Part shown: piece after piece, positions 26,320 through 40,415 of the stretch
Layout: each line of letters begins with the position of its first letter
How positions within the stretch are numbered: the first letter of the stretch is position 1
The notes under the pieces: generated by a model
What the model saw: the letters and a program-made list of their open reading frames with translations, nothing else
What the model was told of the DNA's origin: nothing
The model's database searches: none
Assembly (NCBI GenBank): GCA_030141605.1
Contig: JAQGDQ010000108.1
Span: 186,001-250,000, forward strand
Reading direction: 5' to 3'
From: Tubiluchus corallicola
Lineage: Eukaryota > Animalia > Priapulida
Length of the DNA stretch: 64,000 nucleotides
Made by a program: the position numbers and the translations under genes

Positions 26320-29300
26320 GTAATTAATCTATTATTTTTTAAAATCATGGGCATTTCAATCTACACTTCGAGGCGTTCATATCCTGTTGCTATATATAGT
26401 TGTTAACTATAAAGTTTTAATGAAGCTGTAATAAATACAGTGAGGAAAATGTTAATTTATGTGGCGTAATATCTTTCACATTCTCACAAATTTATCTAAT
26501 AAAGCGCAAAAATATGTTCAGTACTTTGAAATTCGTTAAACGTTCAAGGTACTTAAAAATGCTATTTAGGGAGCAGCTAAAATATATAAATCAATTACTA
26601 AATTAGCTTGCAAATATTACTATTATTATATATTATATTACAGGCTATTTGCAATTTGCTATTTGCTATTGTTTGGAATGTTGTTTAAATTTTATTAGCA
26701 GTTTTTTGGCATAGTGGTTCTATGTGGAACAAGCGAACAGCCTAAATGCTAAAAAACTGAAACTTTTCAATGAGAACAATTTATATACTAATGCTATATT
26801 CTAGAATATAATTTATTTACAAAATTTTTCTAATAACGAAAAAAACGCAAGATTAGTATTAGTTGACAAAGAAAAAATCATCTTTACATAATAATATACA
26901 CATGATATAAAAATATTTATTTAATGGCATTACAGTAATTATTTTACACACTTTATTTTTATGAAAAATTTCTTTTACTTAAACTAGAAGAGATGTTTGT
27001 TATTTAAGGAATTTCTTTAATAAATGATAAATAAGAAACAATTTACTAGTGAATAATAATAAAAAAATACATACGTGTTTACAAAACTATATTAAATATA
27101 TCTAACAAGATAATTACAAGCTTTTCTCAAACTTCGCTTATAAGTCTTTATTACACTTCAGTTATGTACGTATCAGTTTACATAATTACCGTATTATAGT
27201 AGACTTGCATAGGCCTTCCTCAAAAACTAAATCACGCGACTCATTAACGTAGAAATTGTTTTAATTTTCGTTGCCGTAAATAAATCATCATTACTCGTGC
27301 AGATGGGCTAACACTTTCCACCAACGGTTAAGTCAATTTGCAAAAACTCAGTCTGTTAATTAATTTAATAACCAATTTTATTATCTGGAGATGGGGGCTT
27401 AAGCGAGTTCGTTAAGCCATAAATTATTTATGAACCACGACTGTGCTTATTCACACACAATTTCCAATTTAATTGTCCTTGTAATTGCCAGTTAAACTTA
27501 AAAAATTAGTTTTGAAATGTTTTTATGATTTATTGTCATAAATTATAAAATACCTTGAATTAATTCCAGTAACTTATACAATAATAACTAGGCTTTTCAA
27601 TATTATCGTTTAATATAAATTAGTAATAAGCTTACAAAATGGCATGGAAGCCGCGATGGGACGATTGTAAGAGTCTTCAAAAATTATTGTTAAACTGCAA
27701 GTGCTATGTTAGAAAAATGCACATTTCGCGTGCTTTTATCTACATTAGTTAGAGAAACCTGAAACTAATTTATTATGAAATTTTATGAAATGCGGTTTCA
27801 CTTTCAACCCAGATCCCATTATATAGAACGCTTGCAGGGCTTGCAAAACAATCCTAGCAATTCCTTTACAATAACTCAAATACAAAGAAAATAATCTCCA
27901 AGCCATTGGAGAAGTAACACGCGGAAAAAATATTTTTTTCAATATTTTAACAAGGAATTATAGTGAAGAATTTTAGTGTAAAGACTTCTGTAAAGAATAC
28001 GAATGTAACACTTTGATAAAATGGTCATTCGGTTTAATATAGTAGTCATGGGCACAATTATTTTCAAATCGTTTAATTTCGTTGTATCTTAATTCAACTT
28101 TATAAACTTGCAAAGAGTTAACTCAACCTGAGTCAGTACAGCAACGCATTCAGCCATATAAAAACACATTCTCTAGGAATGCAAGACTGTTACGCATGAA
28201 ACGGTGTTTATCGGATTAAGACAAATTTCTATAAGCGTGTTAGTGGCCAACACAGGGTTTATCTCGAAGTTCTTTCCGTTCATGCGGGCTAATGCCGTCT
28301 TCTTAAACTACACTCACTACTCACTGTACGTATGAGTTAACTGACCGAACACAGATCAATTGAATCACAGGCATTAGGACATTATTGGCTTCTGCATTAA
28401 CGCCTGATGCACTTCAGCAATACTTCAAAATTGAAGCCAGTTAATAAGCGAGAGTTTGCTAACTAAAGTCAAAGTCTACAATTATTATCACGTTCATGAA
28501 ATATAAAATGAAAAAATAGAAAAAATTATCAGCTAACTTTGCTGGTAATTCTCAAACAGCAGTGAAAATACTGTACCTAAACACAGAGTTGCAGTGGCAA
28601 CGCTAATAACAACTGCGTCTTATTATTCTTGAGTATTATTCTTAAAAATAAAAAACTATAAAAAACGCTATACAAATGCGAAAAGTCACTTGTGTCGTAA
28701 GATAAGATTTAGGGAGTAAAGTTTAAGTTTTGTAATTAGGCAGAAGAATTTTTTTAAGTTTTCACAATTAATGTCAACTGATTTCTTCGGTATTTAAAAA
28801 GTTGTTATTTTTCTGCTACTAATATAAATATTTAATCGCAGACATTTAATTTTGTAAAGTTAATTAAAATTCGTGAATTGCTTACTGTTCAAATTATGTG
28901 TGCCTATAAGCTTATATATCGAGCAGAAAAGAAAGTCGTTAACAAACAACGAATTTTTTCTGTTTATAAAGCAGAACGTATACTATAGATTAAATTATGT
29001 ATAACAGAGGCAAGAAATTCAATCGTGCAGAAACCGTCGAAAAACAAAATTTTGTTTAATATTGTGATCTGATAAAAGTAGTTAAACGCTGGGTATAACA
29101 CAAAAAATGAAACTATGCTTATCGACAACGAATCATTGCTAATAGCTAATCAAATTTTGTCTTCTAACGCATGTGGACTTCAAAGCACATGTTTGGTTTT
29201 TGGTGGAAGATTTAACATATAGCTTGCATGGCTACACCAGACCGACGGCTTTGTCCCGGCACCCTGGGGGCGGCTACGAATGTTCGATAGAATCAGAAAT

Positions 29301-30944
29301 TGGCTTAGACGGGCCAGTTATAGGCAACCATCGTCCAGTGTTAACATGGCTTAGTAGTAATAATACTTTATCGACCCACAAAGAATGTACAAGAGAGATG
29401 GAGACTGTACGAACAGTGGCCAATAACCTTCTGCGGGAAACTAAGAACATAATCAATTAATTTTTGTAACCCACATTTTGAAGGAAGAAAAATATAAATG
29501 TTCAATCAATATTATCCATTTTACGATTTAAATAATAAACATTATTCGATTGCATTATTAAAGATTAGCATTTAACAGGGGCTTTGGAAATAAACACGCA
29601 AATGAAATCCCCTTAGAAAATGTAGATGGAAAATTGACCAAATTGATCGTGAAAAACGCCACCTTGACATTTAATTGCATTTTTATTTCTGCGGTAATTT
29701 TTTTTTGTTCAGAGAAATATTTTTTGTTTTTGTCTACATTTTTATCAACGAGTTTTTACTGGAGATTTCGCACTAGTGTACTACATGTATTACGAAAATC
29801 ACCAGTATGGGCCTACGTAGCCTATCTTTTCAGCTACATTAACCACGTAAATTAAGAAATGGAAAAATTGAAATGTTTGTGCAGGTTTGCTACCAAAGCA
29901 TTTACTTTTTTTACTAAAAACAAAGAAGTGCTGTCACACGTTACATTTTGTCATAATTCGAAAAATAAGTGATTTAACTTAAGCTACTTCTCGACAAGAA
30001 AAATTAATAGCTGTGAGCGCTATTTGTGGCCTTTTGTGCCTCGTTCTACAATACGCACCAGAAGCAGCATAAATGCGCTGCAACTACTAAAATTCTGAAT
30101 TTTTTCACAACTCTAATTTTTGTGCAAGCCCACGCCCCCACTCTCTCTTAGAGTCCCACCTCTTATGTAGTATATCAATGCCTACAGCAGCAAGTAATAG
30201 AACTCCAGAAGCGATTATATATTCATGCATTGAAAGCGATAATTGTAGCTGCATAGCGACAAAATTGCTGCAAAATTAGGAAGCGTTAGGTTCTAGAGAT
30301 AAATTTAATCATTTGTATTATCAACTTAGAACGGCACAAATCGATTACAGAAAAAAGCTTGTTGTGAACGCGAGTAGAATAATGCTTCAATTGATATTAA
30401 TAACGCGGCAAGTCTGGCGTTTATAGTAATTGAATGTGTTTTGCAGGAATTAAACTATGATACGAAAATACACAAATTCAGTTGTAAACCGAATTTATTA
30501 AAATCACATAATATGTGTTTGTTCGGTGGATTATAACTGTTACATTTCCAGCTCCAAGACGTGATAGCTGAGACTGTAAGAATATCTTGGTATAAATATT
30601 ATTAATTACTGCTTCTTACTTACGGTATTTAAGCTGCATGGGGCATATACGTGCAACATTGATAATTCTATGTTAAATTATACCCATCTAGTTTCCAATA
30701 TAATATATAGTGCTTGTAATTAACATACATAATAAGGATTAGTATTGGCTTAATAATAAGGTTATTACACGTGACTCGCTGTCACAAATTGACAACAGGG
30801 CCAAACATAAAGCCATTTACTTATATGATTTAGGCTACGTTTAACGTTGCAGTTTGTTATAAAAATTTAACAGTCTAAAAATGCATTTCCTATAAATATA
30901 TATAAATTGCATGCAATGAATTATTAGTACTTACAATAATACTA

Positions 30945-31086
<142 letters not shown>

Positions 31087-32734
31087 AAAACACAGTTATA
31101 AGCAAGATTTAGTTGCCCGAGAGTCTTGCGAAATTGCCTGTAATCCTGGCTATATGGTACTCTTGAATTATGATAGCTTTGCCTTTTTGGATTAAATTGC
31201 TTATACAAAAAATTGTTTTTATTGTGAGCATCTTATAATCTACGTTCGCTGATAAGGTGCCTTACATTAAAAATATAAGTAGCCACCATTGTTTTAACTA
31301 CCTATAAACAGTTTTACCCAAAGAGGTAAAGTAACCACAATTCACATTACAAGTCAAGTCTGCCCGTGTGAAGCAATAATATTTTAACAAGAAAATATTA
31401 CAGTATTATTAATACCGTAGAAAAGCAATTACGGTGTTTAACAGTAAAGGTTTCGACGTCGGTGTAAAACCTCTGTAGTTGACAGAGAAATTTACCTATA
31501 AAAACAAGAACGGCTCGATTTCTATTAATCTGTCAACGATTCAGTCACGGTTGTCGTATCGCCTGGACATATCAAAGCCATCAAATAATAAACCCGCATA
31601 AAAGCCTGCCACGTATCAATGCATGCAAAAACACTGTGATATTATATGTGCACTACAAGCAATATTAATCTCTGAAACAAGTCACATATAAAAGGCTAAC
31701 TGTGAGGGGAAAAATATAAAGCTGCACATATAAAAGCAAATAGAATGTCATTAACTCAAATTAAATGAAAAAACAAAATTCTGAAGAAGAAAAACAAAAT
31801 AAAAAAACAAAATATTAAACTAAATAAAATGAAATGCAAAAAAATAAAAGTCACGGAAATAAAAAGTGTTATATAACTGTAACTGCACGTGTACATTATT
31901 TTTCTTATTGTTAGATCTCATTTTTCAACTTTAAGTTAGCTTCTTCAACTTTTATGATTTCGTTTTTTTGGTATTTTTGGACGCTGGGTTGCTGCTTTTA
32001 CTAATTTTAACAGCAAATTAAACCCACCATTAACATTTCCATTTCATTAACTGTTATTTAGTAAAATAATCATCGTAATAATATTTTACTATTTTTAAAT
32101 GTTAAATAGCGAGTTTTTTTTAAAAAATTAGTAAGACTGAAATTTCAAAGCGTTAAGCCTTAATGCACAAAAGTTATGGGTCTTAACTGCATCGTATTTT
32201 CCAGCGCCTTGCAATGCTAGTAGCCCTTGAACACATAAACTTAAATAACGATTTCGGTCCATATTTTTAGCATAATATTTCCAGTAAATCTTTTTACAAG
32301 ATTATTCTCTAATTATTTTAAGTTTGAATCTCGAAAGAAGCTTTTTAAGATATTCCTTTTAGATTGAGCCGAGCAGTTAGTTGGTTTCAGACTTAGAAAA
32401 ACTGCACATAGTCAGAATGTCAGAAAAGATTTCAAAGGGTTAAGAAGAAAATGGTGTCATATTTCCCCGAAAGAAATTTCGAGTCGTTTTTTTCAGTTTG
32501 TTTGAGATTGGTGGAGCAGTGTAGCCGTCCACCCCACTTTCCGACCCTTTTACGCCTGTTAGGCGCATCACTGAAGTGCTTCATTTTGCTATGTCGCTTT
32601 TGAGCGAGAAATCGAATTTAGGGATAAGTTGATTGAGTGAGTAAATAAGTCAAGAATTTGTAATCAGGATTGGGAAATTGAAACGAAAGTCGGACATGAA
32701 TATTGCAAAGGATCTGGATAAAGTCCGAGCGCAA

Positions 32735-33060
32735 ACAAAAAGAGGGACAAGAAAGTGGGTAGAAATTTAATTTTGCGATGCAATATGGATGGAAAGGAAG
32801 TGTTGAAAATGGAAGAGAACGATATTGGGTTTATAGAGGGGGGAGAAAGAGAGCAAGAAGGGGAAGACAAATTGGGAAAGAAGAAGGAGACGGAGAAACC
32901 AACCATAGAAAATGAATCACAGAAAGGGACAGAGAGAGAAAGAGAGAGGAAAGAAAGAAAAATGAAAATGAGAACGAAGATGATAGTGAGTAAGGTAAAG
33001 GCGATGAAAAATAAGATCGAGGAAAAAAGGGTGAAAGAATGAAAGAAAGAAAAAGAGAAG
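32735..33060. repeat. Purine-rich low-complexity tract
   Basis: Strongly A/G-biased + strand. It explains the K/E/R-rich and F/S/L-rich ORFs. Confidence 0.75.
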
Positions 33061-34602
33061 CCAGTTTTTAATAAAGCTGTGTGCAAATCACGTAGCTTTT
33101 CGGTATTATATCCATAGATAGGCACTTATGCGGTTACGATAATGTTTACCACTATTTATGATTTCTTCTTTTCCATGTTTCATCTAATCTTACCAAAATC
33201 TGGGCCTATTTTTCACAACAGATTTCGAGAAATTTCTGTAAAAAGCTTAAAAAAGCAACATGGCTTTGGGCTGCAGGAAATATGCACATGTTACTGGGTT
33301 TATATCTGCGTCTGATGAGACATCCCTCGCAGGTGTCAATCCTGAATATGACGGAAATGACAACTAGGTTTCGAGTAGAAAAGAGATCTTTTACATGACT
33401 TTTAACTTTCCGAGAAATAGTGCATTTCACTTTATAAAAGTTATTGCTTTCTTCATTTCTGTGTTTCTTTAACCATATCATAAGCTAGTGTCTGCCTTCA
33501 CCGCTTTAAGGTTGGTTGAGAGCTACGTGGTAGACCCGTCAGCTGTTTCGTTGTTGGAGGAAACAATTCTAAACATGCTTGGCAATGGGAAAGCTTATCC
33601 TTACAGCCCCAAGCAACACTCACAAACAGCATGCGTATATACACTGCTTCAATCCCTTCCACCAAGGTGTTTTCCTTCGCAGGAGTAGAGAAAGGAGGAG
33701 AAACGCGTATACTAAGGGGCGGTCCTAATCAAGTGCTGTTAGCGATGCAATTTTGAATGATTTTCACTAAAAGGAGATCTACGTTTTAGTCACAAAAGTC
33801 AATCACAAATTATTTTAATCAAAAAAATTGCTCCGTTCAAGTATAGATAACACTACACACACCGTAATTACAACATCACATTCCATTTCCTTTTTGCGGT
33901 TTATAGATCTTCCACTAACATTCCATACGAGTGTCTTATCTGTATAAATGTTTGGCCAGTTTGGCTGCAAAAGGCAAGAATCAAACCCAGTGTCCATTTC
34001 TTAAACTTTCTTTTCCACACAGTTTGTTGTAAAGTTTACTCTAGCTAAAGCTATTAAATAAACTCTGGTGCGATAGCAACTCGTTGTGTAAAACCTTTGC
34101 AAACCGAGACACTTGGTAGCTTTAAAACAGCACAAAGCTAAGTTGTGCCTACGCTTTTCTGTTCATCCCGAAAAATATTAATTCTTACAATTACAACTGA
34201 TTGGTTTAAAAAGAATTTTGTATGATTTGTAAACGTAATTTTGAGATATCGGCTTTGTTTATTTACCTCGAGGGACAAAAACAAGTTTCTGAAAGAACTC
34301 TTACAGGGCCAATTATAGTAGAATTTTTTTCATTGTGTTACTGCTTCACAGATTCCATATAAGACTGACTTTAGTTGTAATTATGAAAACTATATATATA
34401 TAATTTATATATATATATATATATATTTAATTGTATAAACTGTGCATCAACTATGTCATAGTTAGAGCAATTTAAACAATTTTTGAAGTAGGATATCATG
34501 TCAGTAGTAGCCGCTACTATTTAATAAAGACTGTATTGGTATATTTCTGTTGAAACCTTGTGATAAGGTGGCCTTTTATAACCAAACAAATTTTCTTTTC
34601 AG

Positions 34603-34780
34603 AATGCAGAATCAGCACGGTCAGCCACGAAGCAGTAGCAACAGCAGTGCCAGTAGCGGCGGAATTACGCACACATTAAGTCGGCCAAGAGAGGGTAACC
34701 CTAATACTCTTCTTCTCGGCACCCACTCGCCAGCATTGTCTAGTTCACCGTGCAGTACCCCAGAACCTATTTCTCCTTGA
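34603..34780 (+). CDS. Six3/6: Six3/6 coding exon 2 (Ser/Pro-rich C-terminal tail)
   Basis: The acceptor TTTTCTTTTCAG ends at 34602. AG from exon 1 plus A gives AGA (Arg), followed in frame by MQNQHGQPRSSSNSSASSGG...SSSPCSTPEPISP and TGA at 34778-34780. The joined CDS is 644+178=822 nt (273 aa). AKNR followed by (L/M)Q is the usual Six3/6 junction. Confidence 0.9.
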
Positions 34781-35720
34781 CCTACGTCACTGTGGACGTC
34801 ACACGAATGACGTCAGTCTGGTCACATATAGCTTCTTGAATCTCGCATAATAATTGTAAAACATCAAACACTGTAATTATTTTGTAAAACATAAAGTCAA
34901 ATTTCTTTTTCTCACACTTATGTCCTGGATAAGTGCGTCAAAAATTATTGCAGTCTGAATTTTATGACGTTAAAACACGCAGACTTAATAGAACAATTAA
35001 TATAATAGTTCATAAAATGCATTGTTCTTAATCATACCAACTTATGATACACAGTCTAGAAATGCAGTTTTCGGCATAATCATGTGCTGTGATGCTTGAG
35101 AACAGTGCGTGTTGTTAATTAACTGTCAGCAACTCAGCATATTATTTGTATCGTCAATACTGCTACTATAATTGTAAAAATGCAGAGTATAAATGATTAG
35201 TGGTTAAATTGCTAATTGATGTTTTAATTATGATTTGAATCCATTGTTGGACAAAAGAATATTGTAATCAAAGCGATAACAGTATGCTAACTCTAATTTT
35301 TTATCTGTCTGGTTTGTTTTAATGTATTTTAAAGAAGCAACAGTTGGATTATTATTAATTTTTAATGCAAATTTATTACGTTACCCCACGTTTTATTTTA
35401 ATTATTTCTTTCGTGTACTTTTTGTTGTTCATAACTACGTGCTGATTTCAACTACTAAGATAGCTTTCTGTTTTAAAAGTTAATCGAATTTTTAAAACAT
35501 TATGTGAATTATTGCTCCACTTTCTCGTTTTCCTCGTGTAATGAACTTACCAATCTATTGGGCGATTGCAGATTTTTACGTTATGTTATTATTAATTAAT
35601 ATTATTAATATTATAATTATTATTATTATTATATTATGTATGAGCCACTGTACATACGTGTCACTGAATATTCTTAATATACATTGTACAGATAAAAATA
35701 TGGTTACGTGTTTTACTTTA
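34781..35720 (+). other. Probable Six3/6 3' UTR
   Basis: AT-rich sequence after the stop codon, with TGTACATA 35649-35656, TGTACAGA 35685-35692, and a variant polyA signal GATAAA 35691-35696 followed by a GT/T-rich tract. The end point is a guess. Confidence 0.35.
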
Positions 35721-38700
35721 TGAGATGTTTCTTTAACCAGCGGTTACACATGAACTCGGCTATTTCAAGATAATTAGTTTTTACTTGGCAGTAGTCATAT
35801 TTTCTGCTCAATTTTGTTCTTCATTTGTTCCCCTTATACGCCTCTCTCTTTTCTTTTTGTTTTAATTTTTAATAAGCTTTTATTTTCTTCTTGTTTATTT
35901 TCTGCTTTTGTTCTTTTGGCAGAAAAGATTGTTGTTTTGACATTCTAATGAGCGTCATATATCTATCTATCTTCCAAATGTAAAAAGACCAATATCAAAG
36001 AGCGAAATATTTTCGCAAAACAAATATGGATACAACAAAATTATGAAAAATATAATTCGGAAAGAGAGTTATGCCTTAAGTTTGCTATGTGTGAAACTAC
36101 TTGTTTATTCTTTAAGTGACTTCGTTGTGAAGATTGATTAACTATTGTTATGCGCGTGGTGTATTACATATACGACATATAGATATTTAAAATACACTTT
36201 TTCTAAGCTTAAAAGTTTCGAAACTTAAGCTACATTTATCACCCTAGATCAGGACGATCAAGAAAGAAAAACAGTTGCAGAGCTATGCGAAAACATCACA
36301 AGTCCTGCAAGATTAAGTTTCCAAAGGACAAATATGAATGTTCCACCAATAAATTACAAACTTGCTCAAAAATTATTGGACATATTATAGTGAAAATATT
36401 GCTCATTTTTATATTATAGTTAAACGTGGAAAAACATTTGCCTCGACTTGAACTCAATTCTATTCTTTTAAAAATGGTAAGAACAGCTATCATTTAGTTT
36501 TTCTGCAGCTATGGTTTCTATGTTAGTTGTAAGTAACACAATTTGAAGCGATGAAACCGAGCATCGTTAATTTTCTCTTCAAGGTATGAGAAGCCAAAGC
36601 GTTTCTTATCATCACCAGTACATTTCACCTTGAAAATATAGTGTCCTTCACTGACATTTATGAAATCATGCTGCGCGTGAGAAAGAGAATCAACTAGATG
36701 CACACAGCTTTTGCTAATACAACTTTACGCGACTTGTTTCACGCAGAATTCCCAGAAACCTTTCTAAGATACGCAAAAAATTGTTTTGTTGACAACTTCT
36801 ACGCTCCTGCTTTATAACGATTAATATAGTATCTTTTTTGTAAATCAAATGTTAAAATCAGCTAGAGCAAACATCCAAGTTTGAACAACAGGTACACAGG
36901 ATTAAAACCTCAATTGTATTAAAATGTATTAATAATGATGTGTTCAGTAATTGCATAATTCGCAACTTACGAAGCGTGGAAAATTGACATAAAATAAACT
37001 ATTATAACAGAGTATAAACTCCACTGTTCTATTTCAGACATAACAGACAGATTTTTTGTCTTTGTTGCTTTGATAAAATACAAACGCAAGCCGAGGCCTA
37101 AGTCCTAACAGGCAAATAAACAAATTAATTATAATTAAAAATAGCAGTAATTGTCATTATATTGTAGTTAAAAACGAGTAAGAAACTGCTTTCCAGTTTG
37201 TGTTATGTTTATAAAGCAAAACAAAAGGCGAAAGAAACTTTTGGGCAAAGTAACTTAACAACCAGCTGGTATAAAACAAACTATGGTGCTTGTTGGTCAT
37301 ACGCGCCAGTGTAACGTATTACAAAAGGTATGGTCAAATTTGTTATCAATGGGTTAATGAACTACTTCAGAAGACTAAATTGGACCTAATTGCTTGCCTA
37401 CTTTGATAATTAGGTAAAATGGCGTGTTGACAGATTACCTATATATCAGATGAAGCTGAATATATTCACTCATTACCTGCCTACAAGGTGAGTGTGTGGG
37501 CGTGGTTGTGGGTGGATATCTCGTATTGATGAAGACGAGGAGTGCTAGACGATACGTCTGCCTTCGTGCAGTGTTTAACTGGACTGAATTAATACGTTCT
37601 CTTAAGACTATTGTGATCCCCCTGACACTGATACTGATGATGCATTGTTCAGGCCTTTGTTTCAGACACGTATAAACACAAATCTTTATCTATGGCCAAT
37701 ACCAGTATTGTGTTACTCGCAGACGTGCTCAAGCTGCGCTTGCGCCAACCCCCAACACTTAATCAGTAATACCCACATTGTTACACAGTGTATTACTCTA
37801 GTGTTTTACCTGACAGACTATCAGAGAGCTAGTTTACTTACCTATTGTCTGTGTATTGTTTCACAGGCTCCGGATTTCCCATTGACTTCGCACAAGTGCT
37901 GAGGATACTATAGCTATCATTCAGCGGGAGGAAGGGGTTAAATAATGGCTTATACGTAACACTCAACAGGACAAGTCGCCGTGAGAGATTTAGGAACCTA
38001 AAGGGTCAGAACCATAACTTTGTGCATGATATGTATTGTAATTACGGCATGAATAGCTGTTTTCTAATGGTGTTAGAAACAAGCAACATTTCGTGGTGGA
38101 CAAAACTCTTAATTATTGAAGTTTTGAATAACGGTAAGAAAGCAAACGTCACTTCGAGTTTATTCCATTAATCATTCATTCTTTCACTATTACCTGTAAT
38201 TTGAATTAAAACATGTGATTACACATTATGGTTCAGAAAAATGGAAAGCTTTCCAGTTGAAAAGTCACTCCCGGGTGATAATAATAATCTGAAAAGAGAA
38301 CGTTCGTTACCTAATTTCTGAAAATATAGCTTACAAGTGCACTTAAAGTCAACAATGCAGGTGTAATACCTGCTAAATATATCCAAAAGATGGTTTTATA
38401 AATGTATGTACTTTGTATAGTGTAAATACAAGAGCGAGAATGAAAAACTTGCAAAAATCGAATCAGATTACACAATTTTGTCACTGGCGTCGTCGAATAC
38501 ATTCCAGATGACAACAAGGGAGCTTGAGGATCTATGCTCAGCTGTAAACAATGAATGTGACGCAACCCAGAATCATCTGTCCGCTAGTCGCTAATTATTA
38601 TGCTCAATTAGTGATAATTTGCAGCAGCGTTCGAGTTACACATGTGTTCGAAGTATCCGGGAAAACCACTACGTTAAAAGAAATGTGTTGTAAATTATTA

Positions 38701-40199
38701 CTGCAAGATAAAATGATTGGACAAAATGTACGTATAATGCGCTCTAAAATCTTTGAATCAAATTTTATTGTACACCTAATGTATACGTAAGTAATGTACT
38801 ACATAATTTTTTAATTAATTTTTCTTTTAAATATTTGTAAAAAAATAAGTTTGTGTCTTTGCAATTAGCATTATTGGTAACCGCATTTTTATGGCTTAAG
38901 TTATGTAACGTCTACGAACTGGAATAAAGAATCATAATAAAACAAAAATAAAATGTGAGAATGCCTAAATTTGCAGCAGCTACTTTTTCAATTTAAAAGT
39001 TTCAGTTAATGACTTAGTAATTAATTTGTGCTGTAGTACTTAATTTGCAATTATATGGAGTCAGAAATTTATTTTTGATGTTATATATTTGTGGTATGTA
39101 GTAGCAAATTGGTGCTAGAGTACGCTTTTCACAACATCAGTAGCCACTCTGAATTTTTTGGCTGTGGCACCAACGAGTTGATTCAGGTAAGTGGGTGCTG
39201 GTATTACACGTTCAGTTGAGGATTGCATTACTTTTGCTGCTAAAATAAGAATCACACTTTTATTTGTTGAAAACTTTACTATAAATTATACGAGGCTGTG
39301 AATAACGACACCACCATAACTCAGGAAGTAACTCAGCATAGTCATTCTAGAATTGCCTACACAAAACTAACTAAAGTAACTATAGAATAGTTTGTGATGA
39401 ATAGAAACAGTTGTAAGAGAATGGTCATGGACTTCTATGACAAAGTGAGTATTATTTTATGAAATTGTCATTAAATTCGACCTTCGTGGTGTCGCAGAAA
39501 CAAAGAAATATTGCACGATAGATTGACGCAAACGTTTAGTGACGTCTGTCAAGCGACACTGCAGGCGGTGCGTCCACAAACTCGGTGGATATCATACAGA
39601 TCCATTACTAGCTCGGGTTGAACGGGACAAGAAGTGACAGTAATTCAGGTTTGAGCTTCATGGAAGATGATTGTCGTGCAGTAGTCAATCGCATGGGCAA
39701 TTTATATTTCGGGTTATACGTAATGCACCTGATGAATCCCGGACAAATTCAAAACAAGTCAATCCTATGGAACGTCAAATTTTCTACCAATTGCTAGCTA
39801 ACCCTTATAGTTCTAGAAGTCACCAGTGGACAATCTAAATGTTTTCTATTCAAGAATGTAGTAAGTAAGAAGATTGCAGCGTACCGATCAGCCCCTTCCT
39901 GACTAAGTTATCTTTGCTGATGTCATCAGGGTCTGTATTTGAATCACTGATGACTGGAGGCTCAGAAAGCTGAATCATAACCCATAAGTGGTCTGTTAGT
40001 ATTATTTTCCTGCTGTGAAGATGAATTTCATAGAATTGCGTGATTTTAGGAAAGCTGGGAAAAATTAGGCTTTCAAGTGACTGGATATTTTAGAGCATTT
40101 TAAAGAAATACGGCTTCACTAGGTTTAGGTTAATGTGATTGATTCTGTGTTGCTGGGAATGCTTATTTTATTAAGGATCAACAGGAATACTGGCCTAAT

Positions 40200-40415
40200 A
40201 TGTGATATCGACGATGACAATGGCGACGTTAATGATACGGAGATGAAGATTCTGAAGGTGATGGACTGGTGACGTTGACGGTGGTAGTAGTGATGCTGCC
40301 TGACTGGTGCTGATTATAGTGCTAGAGGCAGATAGTGACATCATCATCGTCATCATCGTTATCACCATCATCATCGTCATCATCATCGTCATCATCTACG
40401 ACGAAGATGATGATA
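40200..40415. repeat. Degenerate (GAT)n followed by (CAT/CGT)n trinucleotide region
   Basis: Directly visible, with the purer (CAT)n part at ~40338-40396. Confidence 0.75.

Noticed and set aside
26320-26323. Stop codon ending the 215-aa ORF as a single-exon gene
   Set aside because: The TAA lies inside the donor GTAATT, and a phase-compatible second exon exists at 34603.
26127-26327. 66-aa overlapping ORF within the homeobox
   Set aside because: It is an off-frame shadow of the Six3/6 exon.
32664-33125. K/E/R-rich and F/S/L-rich ORFs in the intron, also 51520-51981
   Set aside because: They arise from purine/pyrimidine low-complexity tracts.
34550-34602. 5' part of the 76-aa ORF (MKPCDKVAFYNQTNFLF)
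   Set aside because: This is intronic polypyrimidine tract upstream of the acceptor.
37450-37493. Tiny AG...AAG|GTGAGT exon-like segment; also 24791-24918 and an acceptor at ~62993
   Set aside because: Isolated splice-like motifs are common by chance, and no coherent gene model results.
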